From positions 1-63,717 of the forward strand of contig JAUCBJ010001439.1 of NCBI GenBank assembly GCA_032718475.1: a stretch of DNA of 63,717 nucleotides. Direction: 5' to 3'. The notes beneath the pieces are model-generated. The model was not told the origin of the DNA, ran no database searches, and worked only from the letters and a program-made list of their open reading frames with translations. Each line of letters begins with the position of its first letter. Position 1 is the stretch's first letter. The stretch comes from Nemertoderma westbladi (taxonomy: Eukaryota; Animalia; Xenacoelomorpha). The translations under genes were made by a program, and so were the position numbers. Of this stretch, positions 40,001 through 52,076 are shown piece after piece.

Positions 40001-43000
40001 GATAATTGCAGATAATGCTCCACATTTTAAACTAGCCAAAACTGTTATTGAAAAAATGTGGGAGAAGACAATCACAAACAAAGATGTCCAAAGTTATGTT
40101 TCAACTGGTAATACTAAATTTAAATTTATTACAGCTTATGCCCCATGGATGGGAGGTGTATATGAAAGATTAGTTGGATTAGTGAAACGTGTAATGAAGA
40201 AAGTTATTGGTAAAGTTTGTTTATCACTAATTCAATTGCAAACTTTATTTACTGAAGTGATGGCTGTAATAAATTCCCGACCATTGGTGTATGTATCATC
40301 CGCAATCGACGACGGATTGACATTAACTCCTGCGCACTTTCTCTCTATCAACACAACAATTGGCACACCTACATCAGAAGATGATGACAATGCTAAGGAT
40401 TTAGATTATTATTTGATGAAACCAGAAAACTCTGCAAATAAGCTCATAAAACAATGGAAAGAAGGGAATAATCTTCTAGATAGCTTCTGGAATGTATTCT
40501 ATAAAGAATATTTGATGTCTCTTCGTGAACGATATCAATCTGATCTGCCCCAACCACGTGTAAAAGATTCTCACATCCCAAAGGTGGGAGATGTTGTTAT
40601 CATTAAAGACAAAGAGAAAATTGTAAAACCTCCAAGAGGTTCATGGAAACTCGGTCGTATTCATAAATTATTACCTAGTTCTGATGGTCAAGTTCGTTCC
40701 GTAAAAGTAAAGCTTCCATCAAAGAAAATAATAGAAAGACATATAACTCTTTTATTCCCAATAGAATGTGACACACATACAGATAGCTCAATAGATAAAC
40801 AATTAGACAGACCGAAACTAGCTATCAAGTCGAAACTGAAAGTAAATGAAGTCACATCCAGACCAAAACGAAAGGCAGCAATTAATGCGGAGAAGAATAT
40901 TAAGAACTGTTATGAAGAAATTGAATAAATTTTTTATTTATTTTTTAGTAATTTTTTGGTGTTGGGAATGTCACGAATACAATAATTGGTAAAAAAGTAT
41001 ATAAATTGTATTTATTTTTGGTGTCGGGAGTGTCGCGAATGCAATGACAAGGATCTAAGTTCGTTTTACCCCTTACAGCAGCCTACTAACTGACTAACTA
41101 ATATACTACTGTACCGGTACCGGGATCTAAGTACGAGTACAATACAGTGTGCCAGTACACGGTGCAGAATTGATGATATTGATAAATATATATATTATAA
41201 TAATTCTAGCGATAAATGATACTTCTGTACTTTATTCTATTCCACTTATATTCGCTACAACTCCGACGCTCAGTGTAATGCCTTTACTCGAGCAGGATTT
41301 AGTATATTTCGAGACGTGTATCTTCGCTGTGCGGGATCTCTTATCGAAAGACCATCTATGTTTACATTGTTACCCTATGAAGGAGAACGTATCGTGGAAA
41401 TTACGGATGAATCACGGCAGACGCGCGCGCCTATCGGTCACCTTGGTGATGAATTCGAAGTAACTACTACGATCGCCGACGATCCTTTAGAGGAACTTCT
41501 TGAGATAGAAAGGAACCTCCCGAAGAAATCTCAGACGGAGATTCGACAACTTGAAGCAACAGATGCTATAGTTTGTATACAACCTTCAGAAACCTACCAA
41601 CCCATAGACCCAGATGATTACGATTATAGTATGGGAGGAAGCGCTCGACCGATTGGAGACCTTATATACGAACGAGTGTGGTACCCTGCTAATACGATGT
41701 GTAGTAAATGTGGCGTCGCTGGACATCATATGGCAAAGTGCAGTGGAAAGCACATTACTACGACTCAGCTAATCTGTGGATGGTGTGGGGATCAAGGGTC
41801 TCATACCTTTTATACTTGCTGGAGATTTATGGCTCAATGTACTTACTGCAATATAAAGGGACATCGAGCATCTGAATGCCAACTAAGAGACATACCTTAT
41901 GAACACGAATCTGTAAAACTCGTGAGGAAATTATTTGATGAGTGGGAAGATTTAGCCGACGAACATGTATCAGCACAAAGAAGACGGTTTCCGATGAGAG
42001 CGCATCTCGGATTTTGGGCGGTAAATCCTCAAACGATGATGTCGGAAGGATATATCTCCGCTATGCCCCAATATGCCGAACTTATCGAGGTTGTCGATAT
42101 TTTGCCCCACGACAGCGGATTCCGAGTGGTGCGCGAGTATCTACTACAGATTCACCCGGATAACAAAAACACGTGGAATTTTCAGAAAGTCGTTAATCGG
42201 ATTACGTATGGTGAATTCGATCGTTTCCGAACTGAAAAGCGGAACAAAGGAGCTTGGTTAACCGTCGCATGGGCGTACCGAGCCGCGTTTTACCACAAAC
42301 GTATACGAGCGAGCGTATTCGAGGAAGAGGAGGTCCTAGAGGCGACAAATATACCAGCCACTCCGGTTGCGCCGTCTGCACGTCACCCTCGGGAGGACGG
42401 GCAGGGTAGGATCATACGGGTCCAAAAGGTGGGCCAACAATTAAAGAAAATTATTAATGTAGAAGAACGCAAGGGAGTTGAGCCGACTATTCGAGTTACT
42501 CGGGATACGGTATCACTTCCAAGAGAACCAGTAGGAGGATCGGGACATACACCAGCTGATCAACAGGGGGCGCAAGCTACTCTTGGGTCTGCGTCGTCCG
42601 CCTTTCGCGCGTTCCCAGACGTTCTACCAACTGTAGTGACGACTGATCGGTCACGAGGAATCGGTCGAGGTTTTGGGATGCCAAATAGACGAATTTGCGA
42701 GGAAATAGTCGCACCGTCTCTCAACGTCCCAAGTAAACCAGTGACTCGCCCCATTAGTCCCATATCGCGAGCAAAGTCACCTGTGCGCAGTTTTCGAGGA
42801 CGCGGCAGGGCTCGATCCACTAAGCGATAAAAGGGAGGGCAAGGGTGGACGGAAGACTCGTGAGCCTTTCTTGTGAATTTGTGATTTATTTGAATTTATA
42901 TTTATATTTGTGCTTATTCCGAACTTATGCAATTTGTATTGTTCCGAATTTATGAAATTTAGAAATAAGAACTTATATTTAGTAAAACTTATATTTAGTA

Positions 43001-46000
43001 AGACTTATATTTGTAAGAATTTATATTTTATATTTACGTGATTATTTCGAACTTATGCAATTTATATTATTCCGAACTTATGCAATTTATATTGTTCCGA
43101 ATATTATGCAATTTATATCTTATAAGCAGTATTTGTATTTACAGTGAAATAGAAAGTAAGAGTAGATGGAAGACTCGTGGGCCTTTCTTATAGTTTCATT
43201 TGTAAAGTGTTATATTTTGTATTTAGAAAGTTTTATAGTCAGAAAGTTTTGTGCTTAGAAAGACTCATATTTGTAATTATTCCAAACTTATGCAATCTAC
43301 ATTTAGGTACGAAAGTATTTGTAATTACTTGAATTTATGCAATATTTGAGATGCAATAGATTTATATTGGTGAATTTAATTTAGATTTATATTGTACTTA
43401 CTTAGTAAAGCCTTAAATACGTAAAGTTTGAATTTGTAATTATTTTTGTATCGAATCATTACGTAGAAAGGAAGTATTGTTTGAAATTTAATTGTAAATA
43501 TGTAAGTACGCCCTAAGTATTCTATAGTTTAATTGATTATTGGTGAAAACCGTATATTTTATGCACGATAATATCCTGTTTTCATGGAGCGGTATAGAAT
43601 TATATTCCCTAAATGCCGTGGATTTTCAAAATTTATTTTTATTCGAATTAACTTTGTAAAGATTGCTTTGAGTTCTCATTCGTATTGGTTCTATCATTTG
43701 TGTACTTATCGGTCAAGTGGTTCAGTAGCTCAGTCGGTAGAGCGTTGGAAATTATATGTGTAGTAGGTATTGAGTTCGAATCCTAGTAAGTGCGAATTAT
43801 TTTTTGTACAGAATTTCAACTCATTTAAATTAACCGCTACAAATTAATTGCATTTGTCTGTACCAATGAGACTGTAGTTATTTGATTGTAACCAATGTCG
43901 TGCAAGTTATATATTAGCTGGACCAATAGCTATCTTTAAAACCCCGTTAGAACCCATAGAACAATCGAGAATTTTCTCGATTGATTGCGGCACAAATTTG
44001 CTATATAAAGGTGCGATTTGTTCATTAGTTATCAATCTTATATCTCAATACTATTACACTTACAATCTACTTCTCAGATTATCTTATCAATATTCTGTCG
44101 CGCTTAGTTTATTTCAGATTACATTGTATTATAATTATATCTTCTGTAATAAAGTCAGAATATTCTCTCAGCTTTTCTATCTGTTTTACTATGAATTCAC
44201 TACGGTGAACAAACTCAGGGACAGGATGGCCGGCTAGAGATCGGGCCGCAGCAATGAACGGGAACATCACGGGAATGTAGACGAGAGACAACCCGCAATA
44301 CCATCTTGAGTAATTCGCCCATCGCCTGAAAGGTTAGACAGCGTTCGACGCCTTGCTACCTAGGTATAAGACCAAAAGATCAAAAGGTAGACGTAGTGAC
44401 ACGCTGTAAGCCTAAAATTACATCATAGGGACTGTACTGTCTTGATTCAGGAAAACCACAGTAGACCTTCACATTCCTACGGGGGGAGGGAGAGAGAGCA
44501 GGCAGATACTAGTACGCAGATAGGACGTAGGCACACCGGTACGAAGCATACAAATTGGTAGGGTGCAGCAAACTGTACGCCTAACTCTTGCTAAGTGCAG
44601 GTGTGTGTGCGACTATTTGTAGTACGACAGTGTCCATTGCATTAGAACTTGTAGGCTAGGGGGGTTGCTGTGTTTTCACCTGAATTGGGATTGTACCGTT
44701 CAGGCGGTAGGGCAGTTTACACTAGGCGCAAATAAATTGAGGCTATTAGGGATACTAACATCTACCGTGTCCCCGCCAACGCCCTAATAGGAAGTTACCC
44801 GGACTACCTGGGTGACTAAAATTCTAGATAGGAGCCAGGATAGCTATTAGTAACTGTACGCCTACAGTAGTAAACTAACACATCTCTTCTTAGTATCAGG
44901 GACCTGGTACCTAAAATTGCCGAATTCTGGGCGTAGCATTAACCCTATGCCTGAATTTGAGTCCTGGAAATACGCAAGAGGGGAAGGAACCTTATCATTC
45001 GTGAGTATTGGACCTACAAGTTACAAAATTAGAATATTCGTAAAATGCACACCGTACCCAGTAATTATATATGTGAAGGAGCAAAACTGTTTTGACCGTT
45101 CAGAATTAACACACGCGCGTTAGAAATTATTTACACCTCAAAATATATAAAATTAACTTTGTCCGTACTGTGCTTTGCCCGCTAGTTAGACATCTCCAAA
45201 TCTCTGCCTGTACCTAGCTAGCGTCTCTTTGCCCAACCATATAAATCACACCGCGGCAAAGTATATGAGCCTCTTAGTCCGTCAGTGAGTCAGCCTGATT
45301 TTAGGATTCGCTGCGCGGGATTTTGTTTTATCGAAGTTTGTCTGCTCGTAGACTGTTTTCTGCCTCACCGGTTATAAGAGATCGATACTGCAATATATTC
45401 GCTTACTTAGAGTTTACTGTTTTGGTGAGAAGGTCGGATTTATGATTTGATTCACAAACTTTACAGTAGGATATTGCAGGTATTGTTGCTGTCTCTTCCA
45501 ATAACCTGATTGGCTGGATTCGTCTCGGACTTTGGTTATTGTAACTACCTGATTGGCTGGTTTCATCTCGGACTTTCGTTATTGTAACTACCTGATTGGC
45601 TGGTTTCGTCTCGGACTTTGGTTATTATAACTACCTGATTGGCTGGGTTCGTCTCGGACTTTGGTTATTGTAACTACCTGATTGGCTGGTTTCGTCTCGG
45701 ACTTTCGTTATTGTAACTACCTGATTGGCTGGTTTCGTCTCGGACTCTGGTTATTGTAACTACCTGATTGGCTGGTTTCGTCTCGGACTTTCGTTATTGT
45801 AACTACCTGATTGGCTGGTTTCGTCTCGGACTTTGGTTATTGTAACTACCTGATTGGCTGGATTCGTCTCGGACTTTGGTTATTGTAACTACCTGATTGG
45901 CTGGTTTCATCTCGGACTTTCGTTATTGTAACTACCTGATTGGCTGGTTTCGTCTCGGACTCTGGTTATTGTAACTACCTGAATGGCTGGTTTCGTCTCG

Positions 46001-49000
46001 GACTTTCGTTATTGTAACTACCTGATTGGCTGGTTTCATCTCGGACTTTCGTTATTGTAACTACCTGATTGGCTGGTTTCGTCTCGGACTTTGGTTATTA
46101 TAACTACCTGATTGGCTGGGTTCGTCTCGGACTTTGGTAATTGTAACTACCTGATTGGCTGGTTTCGTCTCGGACTTTCGTTATTGTAACTACCTGATTG
46201 GCTGGTTTCGTCTCGGACTCTGGTTATTGTAACTACCTGATTGGCTGGTTTGTCTCGGACTTTCGTTATTGTAACTACCTGATTGGCTGGTTTCGTCTCG
46301 GACTTTGGTTATTGTAACTACCTGATTGGCTGGATTCGTCTCGGACTTTGGTTATTGTAACTACCTGATTGGCTGGTTTCATCTCGGACTTTGGTTATTG
46401 TAACTATCTGATTGGCTGGTTTCGTCTCGGACTTTGGTTATTGTAACTACCTGATTGGCTGGTTTCGTCTCGGACTTTGGTTATTGTAACTACCTGATTG
46501 GCTGGTTTCGTCTCGGACTTTGGTTATTGTAACTACCTGATTGGCTGGATTCGTCTCGGACTTTGGTTATTGTAACTACCTGATTGGCTGGTTTCGTCTC
46601 GAACTTTGGTTATTGTAACTACCTGATTGGCTGGTTTCGTCTCGGACTTTGGTTATTGTAACTACCTGATTTGCTGGTTTCGTCTCGGACTTTGGTTATT
46701 GTAACTACCTGATTGGCTGGTTTCGTCTCGGACTTTCGTTATTGTAACTACCTGATTGGCTGGTTTCGTCTCGGACTTTGGTTATTGTAACTACCTGATT
46801 GGCTGGGTTCGTCTCGGACTTTGGTTATTGTAACTACCTGATTGGCTGGTTTCGTCTCGGACTTTGGTTATTATAACTACCTGATTGGCTGGGTTCGTCT
46901 CGGACTTTCGTTATTGTAACTACCTGATTGGTTGGTTTCGTCTCGGACTTTGGTTATTGTAACTACCTGATTGGCTGGTTTCGTCTCGGTCTTTGGTTAT
47001 TGTAACTACCTGATTGGCTGGTTTCGTCTCAGACTTTGGTTATTGTAACTACCTGATTGGCTGGTTTCGTCTCGGACTTTGGTTATTGTAACTACCTGAT
47101 TGGCTGGTTTCGTCTCGGACTTTGTTTATTGTAACTACCTGATTGGCTGGTTTCGTCTCGGACTTTGGTTATTGTAACTACCTGATTGGCTGGTTTCGTC
47201 TCGGACTTTGGTTATTGTAACTACCTGATTGGCTGGTTTCGTCTCGGACTTTGGTTATTGTAACTACCTGATTGGCTGGTTTCGTCTCGGACTTTCGTTA
47301 TTGTAACTACCTGATTGGCTGGTTTCGTCTCGGACTTTGGTTATTGTAACTACCTGATTGGCTGGTTTCGTCTCGGACTTTGGTTGTTGTAACTACCTGA
47401 TTGGCTGGGTTCGTCTCGGACTTTGGTTATTGTAACTACCTGATTGGCTGGTTTCGTCTCGGACTTTCGTTATTGTAACTACCTGATTGGCTGGTTTCGT
47501 CTCGGACTTTGGTTTCACCACGATGGATTGTTTCCTCCCTTCCGGCTCTGGGACCGGTTCCTCGCTCTCACCGGAACCCGCTTCCCTCGCCTCCGCTATG
47601 GCGCTACTAAGCTGACTCAGCGCCGTGTCAGACAACGCCGCCATGGACTCGGTGGCGAGCTGCCGTCTGGCTTCGTCGCTGTCACGATGGAGAAGGTTGG
47701 AATCGATCTGGAAATGGACTGCGATTTGATCGACGTGAGGAATCTGTTTGAAACAGCCATCCTTAAAGCTGGAAATAATAATAATATTATTTCTGAATGG
47801 GTTTATGAACGTATTTATTACCGGTAATAAATAAATATATCATTTTTTATTTTATTTTTATTTTCATCATTAAACAACTGTATACTACATTATTAGAGAT
47901 TGGATGGAGTTCCGGCTCCGGACTCTCGGCCTTTTTCTTAGCTCCTGGCTCCGGATTTTCTACTGTCAAAGCCGCAGCCAACCCGGAGTTAATTCATTTT
48001 CTTAAGTGATTCCTAAATGTTGTACCGGTACCGGTACCTCAAAGTATAAACTGATTAGTTGAAATCCCGTAAAGTATATTTAATTGAAAAAATCTACTTT
48101 TTTTCTAAAAACTAGAGATATTTTTATGTTTTCATTACATTTTTTACCTGTAGAGTGTAGGACCTATACTAAAATAAAGCATAGAATAAGCCTATGAGTG
48201 AGTACCGGTATACAATTACAAGGGATAGAATGAAATTATAATTAACAGTCAAATATTCAAGATAAAATTCACACATATTTTATTATTTTAATATTTTTTA
48301 TTTACTGACTTGTTTTGATTTAGTATTTTGGTTAGGTTTAGTCAGTTACTTGGTCATAATCTAAGAAATTTAAAATTAAAACGCAAATAAAACGTATATT
48401 AAAATTTAACTGCTAAAAACAACTATATTGTGAATAACTGTGAAAGCGCAAGTTGAGACCGACGTAGGACATAGGTTGTGTTGACAAACCAAAAACAGAC
48501 AGAAAACTGAAATAAAGCTTTGGTATCAACAATATACACACGTTCGTAGGGCCTTCGCGCAGCTCGGTGCGTCAATATACATTTAGAAGAATGCGCGATT
48601 TCAAGTAAAATAATAATGAAAAAAACTGTCTAAATAGGTACCGTATATACAATTAAATTAATAAGAATACGATGATTCTAAAATTGATTAATCTAAAATA
48701 AAGTATTGAAGAGTAGCGGCAAAATACATATATTACTCATTATCTGTCCACCATGACAGAATTAAGGATATATACAATGTACTATAATAAAGATTCAAGT
48801 AAAAACTCCAGCTCCGGCCGGAGCAACTGCTGCTGAACTCCGGCTCCGGGTAATCCTATAATTTTAGCTCTGTCCCATCCTTATACATTATGACCTTATA
48901 TATATAAAACATAATTATTATATAATTAATAATTATTAACATAAAATTATTTCTTCTAAATATGGAGCTTGTCAAAAATTACTTTGATTGTTTCGGTAAA

Positions 49001-49364
49001 AACTTGTGATGAGATCAAATGAGATTTGCGATTTAAACAAAAATTTAAGTATCGTTAATACAACACATAACACCATATCATGTTGCAACTACTGCAATAC
49101 AATTACAAAGTGCATTTGTACATGTAACGCAACGGACCTGTAACGCACGATGTTCTCGGGAGCATGCGGGTTATTGGCGGTGAGTACCCTGGTGAACTCT
49201 TCTTTGAGTTGGGCCTCTGTGAGGTCGAGTTGGTCGTCGGGTTTCAACAAGGCCTTAGGAGTCATCCAGTCCTCGACGCCCTCGTTGTCTCGAGACGAGG
49301 CTAGATCGTCGTCTCGGCGGGGCGGTAGGATAGACTTACGGGCCGATGCTTTAGGTGGAGGCAT
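13008..49364 (-). CDS. DNAI1: Axonemal dynein intermediate chain 1 (WD40); exons 49364-49138, 47768-47483, 16464-16249, 15131-14849, 14691-14487, 13848-13008 (685 aa)
   Basis: Recognisable motifs: [16 protein letters not shown]|[75 protein letters not shown]. All GT-AG junctions are in phase; total 2058 nt. Confidence 0.93.
14678..14792 (-). repeat. ~48-54-bp tandem repeat (about 2.5 copies) of the DNAI1 intron-4/exon-5 acceptor junction
   Basis: GCAGAGAACTAAACCTAAACGGTA repeated 48 bp apart; third degenerate copy near 14780. Confidence 0.85.
16030..16127. mobile_element. One end of a hAT-like MITE (fragment)
   Basis: CCGGAA-rich subterminal repeats ending ..GGTACATCACTA; matching other end not found. 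Confidence 0.35.
16547..19838 (-). repeat. 43-bp satellite, distal block (~76 units), derived from the DNAI1 exon-2 end plus donor
   Basis: Unit (plus strand) GTAACTACCTGATTGGCTGGTTTCGTCTCGGACTTTGGTTATT. Confidence 0.98.
19839..21877 (+). repeat. BEL-A 5' LTR (2039 bp, including a 128-bp tandem duplication at 20144-20399)
   Basis: Matches 43593-45503 with about four substitutions seen by eye; TATATAAA near 20248 and 20376. Confidence 0.95.
19965..20037 (+). pseudogene. tRNA-like segment (Pol III A/B boxes) inside the LTR; second copy at 43719-43791
   Basis: GTAGCTCAGTCGGTAGAGCG ... GAGTTCGAATCC followed by a T-run at ~20046; acceptor and anticodon stems degenerate. Confidence 0.7.
22686..31415 (+). 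CDS. BEL-A Gag-Pol: ORFs 22686-23993 and 23997-31415, same frame, separated by a single TGA
   Basis: Coiled-coil N-terminus; PPKFSG gag core; Cys/His knuckles; protease LDSAS; RT YLPHH, KVRVVND, FYVDD; RNase [20 protein letters not shown]; integrase GIDCFGP, SDQGTNF, GGVWERL. Confidence 0.95.
24472..24710 (+). repeat. 84-bp coding tandem repeat x3 ([28 protein letters not shown])
   Basis: Visible in DNA and protein. Confidence 0.95.
29220..29509 (+). repeat. 159-bp-period in-frame duplication in the RNase H-integrase linker
   Basis: [29 protein letters not shown] occurs twice. Confidence 0.9.
32080..42830 (+). CDS. BEL-A accessory ORF3, 1241 aa when rejoined (32080-34239 + 41265-42830): DEDDy 3'-5' exonuclease-like domain plus three CCHC knuckles; disrupted by BEL-B
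   Basis: Removing BEL-B and one TSD gives in-frame PFYNS|DAQCNAF. Exonuclease motifs [44 protein letters not shown]. Knuckles at 41699-41880. Confidence 0.8.
34240..41259 (+). mobile_element. Nested BEL/Pao element BEL-B with 229-bp LTRs (34240-34468, 41031-41259)
   Basis: TG..CA ends; TSD ACTCC; PBS TGGTAGCAGAG (initiator tRNA-Met type); 2 LTR differences. Confidence 0.96.
35297..40928 (+). pseudogene. BEL-B Gag-Pol, frameshifted in the integrase (35297-39907 and 39918-40928)
   Basis: KLPKLEF, FDTG, YIPHH, IYVDN, FSDAS, GLDYLGP, GGVYERL; 4-bp insertion (ACAGTT-TGTT-AGAGCT) breaks the expected TVRAVHLE. Confidence 0.93.
43593..45503 (+). repeat. BEL-A 3' LTR (1911 bp)
   Basis: Direct repeat of the 5' LTR without the 128-bp duplication. 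Confidence 0.95.
45504..47512 (-). repeat. 43-bp satellite, proximal block (~46 units); the first unit overlaps DNAI1 exon 2
   Basis: Same unit; merges into coding sequence [10 protein letters not shown] at 47483-47512. Confidence 0.98.
47894..48883. mobile_element. Old hAT-like MITE in DNAI1 intron 1
   Basis: 8-bp direct repeat TACATTAT at 47886-93 and 48884-91; degenerate TIRs (TAGAGATTGG / CCCATCCTTA); CTCCGG subterminal repeats. Confidence 0.65.
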
Positions 49365-52076
49365 TCTCTATGGCTTACTTTATATGGGTAAGTAGAAAAT
49401 ACAGTGCAGCAGTGAACAAAGCTAACTGAACTCCTATTTTAACTTGTCTAAAAATTGATTCAACAAAATGTTTGTTTTACTGGCTATGTATGAAGTTCCC
49501 TTTTTTGTGTTTTTGTTACATATAGGGCAATAGGCAATAGGCAGATACCGGTACTGTAAATCTACTAAAGTACTAAAGTTAAGTATCATGATGCTCAGTT
49601 CAATTCAATAACAAATGACACTTCTGCACTTACTACATGTATTTTAACCTTCAACCAAACCGTACAAAGTACTGGTACAAATATAGTCATCCATAGTGTC
49701 ATTTATTATCTGTCCAAAAAATATTTGTACCGGTAAATTGGATACAAATAAATACAAGACTACCAGGCGGCGCAGCCAGATTACAGCACTACCAACAACA
49801 GCAACAGGCAACATGCGACCCACTAAAAAGTAATAATAGGCCTAGACAATTCATCAATTAAGCGTAAACCCAAATAGGCCTGACCAGCGTAGTATGTACG
49901 ATGTATTTCAGCATTACGCTACTTAGCGCGCGACTGCTGAAGCCTCCGAGCACAGGTAGGGAGTATATTGATAGATAGGCATTGATTAATAATAACAGTA
50001 CCGGTACCGACAGTGCTGTATTACAGTAAGGAATAAAAAATTTTGTAATTGTATGTTTATATGTCTCCAAGCAACGCCAACTAGCCACAATATATTAATT
50101 TGGGATTAAAATAATTTAATATTTTTGTTTCCCCTGTGTAACTGAAAACTTTTTATAGCTTGTTGTTACACGAACGAATAATTGATAATTGATATTTATT
50201 TCCTTTCTGCTGGTTACATATACAAATTTTAACCAATATTAACAACATTAACCAATAAATTTTAACCAATTTTTAAAAAATTTACAGTGTAAGACGACCA
50301 CCACAGAATACTAATGGCCAGGCTAAAGTGGCGTCTTGCTGTATGTACCGCACCGCACCAACAGGGGGTGGTGCGGTGCGTGGTCCTTTTGAAATTTCGA
50401 TGTCGTTCGATGCCATTTGAGTTATAGACTTTAAAATTTCTCACTAGGATCATTTTTTACCGTAGAATAACGTGAACCAATTATTTTCTTTATATAATGT
50501 ACGCATAAACACCGAATTGTGATTTTAATGTTTGTGACACTAATTATTTGGCTATTTTTTTTTAAATAGGTCAATTTTTAAAAAAAATAAGCTAAATATA
50601 TGAAACAAAAATTGAAATTCGAAAAAAAATTGGTTCTCCAGAAAGCCCATTAAATTCTGGTTGGAATGCAAGAACAGTTGGCCTATAAAGTAATCTGATG
50701 CGTTCTAAAATGGCACCGAGGCTTAATTGTATTTATATGGGAAAAATGCCTGTACTGATCCCCTTAATATTATCACCTTTATTTTTTATGATTGAATATT
50801 ACAATTAACGGTAAATGTTATAGCTCTGAAAATAAGTTATTTTTTAAGTTGGACGTAAAATACGATTTTGATTTTATATTCCGAATCTCTAGTGGCACAG
50901 AGTTCCAGATCGAGAGTCCACGAAAACTCACTGATCTCTGTGAAGAAGTTAGGAGAAATAGTGGTATTGAGAAGTTGCCATGGGAAGCGCTGCGGGTAGG
51001 GTAGTGGTGGACTCACTGAAGAACGTTTTTGGAATAGTTTACCGAGGGTGAAATTTGGGCTTATGGTTTTCGAATTAGAAAGCCAGCAAATTCTGGCTTT
51101 AAACGAACCTGCCCCTCAAACCAGTACCCTGAGTGAGCGAAAATGTAAACACGAAAATTGCCATCAACTCAACGATAGAAACACCAGCTGCTGGTACTCA
51201 TGTGGGCCTAGTAAGCTACTACTATTTATTGAATGGATAGGCCCAAACTGCAGAGAAGTATATTACTTGCCAAATTTATTACTTCCTCACTCTATCCCAG
51301 ACAGTACCGGTAATCAAACATCAACTGTTAGTTTTGTATAATGTACACTGTATTACCCCGCCAGCTGAATAGCCCTTCCCAGTGAATCCTATGGAAATAT
51401 CATTGTAAGCACTGGGCCGTTTAAATGGTTTATAGGTTGATGATAATGAATGATGAGGGACCCAACTAACACTACGTTTGTCTATATCGACGGTCTCCTT
51501 ACAGCCAGCTGGCTGGCTTTTCTAGTTGAATCATATTATTCTGCAACCAAATAATTTACTCTTTTAGACGAATTTGTGCGTTTTTTTGCCGGACTAACTT
51601 TTGGCGATGTTCTGTGCGAGATTGGCTATATTTGAAAAGATTCTGAGTCTCAAATATGTTGCTCAAACGACTGAATAGCCCAAAAAAAAGTTGGTGCATA
51701 CTCGACGAGATTAAATCGGTGAATTTCGACTTTAAATTTTCAAAACCGCTATTTTTCAGTGAGCCCGTGATCGAAACGCCACAAAAAATATACTGTCTTG
51801 TGCGCAACCAAAATTTATGTAGAGTTTGTTATTAAAATTTTTGCGTACCTGCTTGAGTTTTTGAGATATTGGATGGTTATACATATATACACACACACAC
51901 ACACAACCACATCGTGTTTTTCAACGGCTCAACTTTTGACAAGAACTACTCTGGCCTATTTGTAGGCAGGTTCGTTATAAATAACTTACATGAAAGTGCA
52001 AACTGATAGTTCATAGAGTTTGTTAAGAGGTAAAATATTTAATTGTTTGTAAATGGAAAATTATGACGATCTGTAG

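Larger units (their letters stand above)
19839..45503 (+). mobile_element. BEL/Pao LTR retrotransposon BEL-A (~18.6 kb without the nested element)
   Basis: Near-identical LTRs 19839-21877 and 43593-45503; 5-bp TSD ACCTG (19834-38 and 45504-08); PPT-position TTTTCATGGAGCGG; BEL-type gag-pol. Confidence 0.96.

Noticed and set aside
34240-41259. Nested BEL-B LTRs look more diverged (2/229) than host LTRs (~4/1911)
   Set aside because: Counts too small to imply an age paradox
32080-42830. env gene
   Set aside because: No signal peptide or transmembrane segment; exonuclease and knuckle motifs instead
49858-50088. LINE RT remnant (TLVRPIWVYA)
   Set aside because: Only a short motif-like resemblance; insufficient without a search
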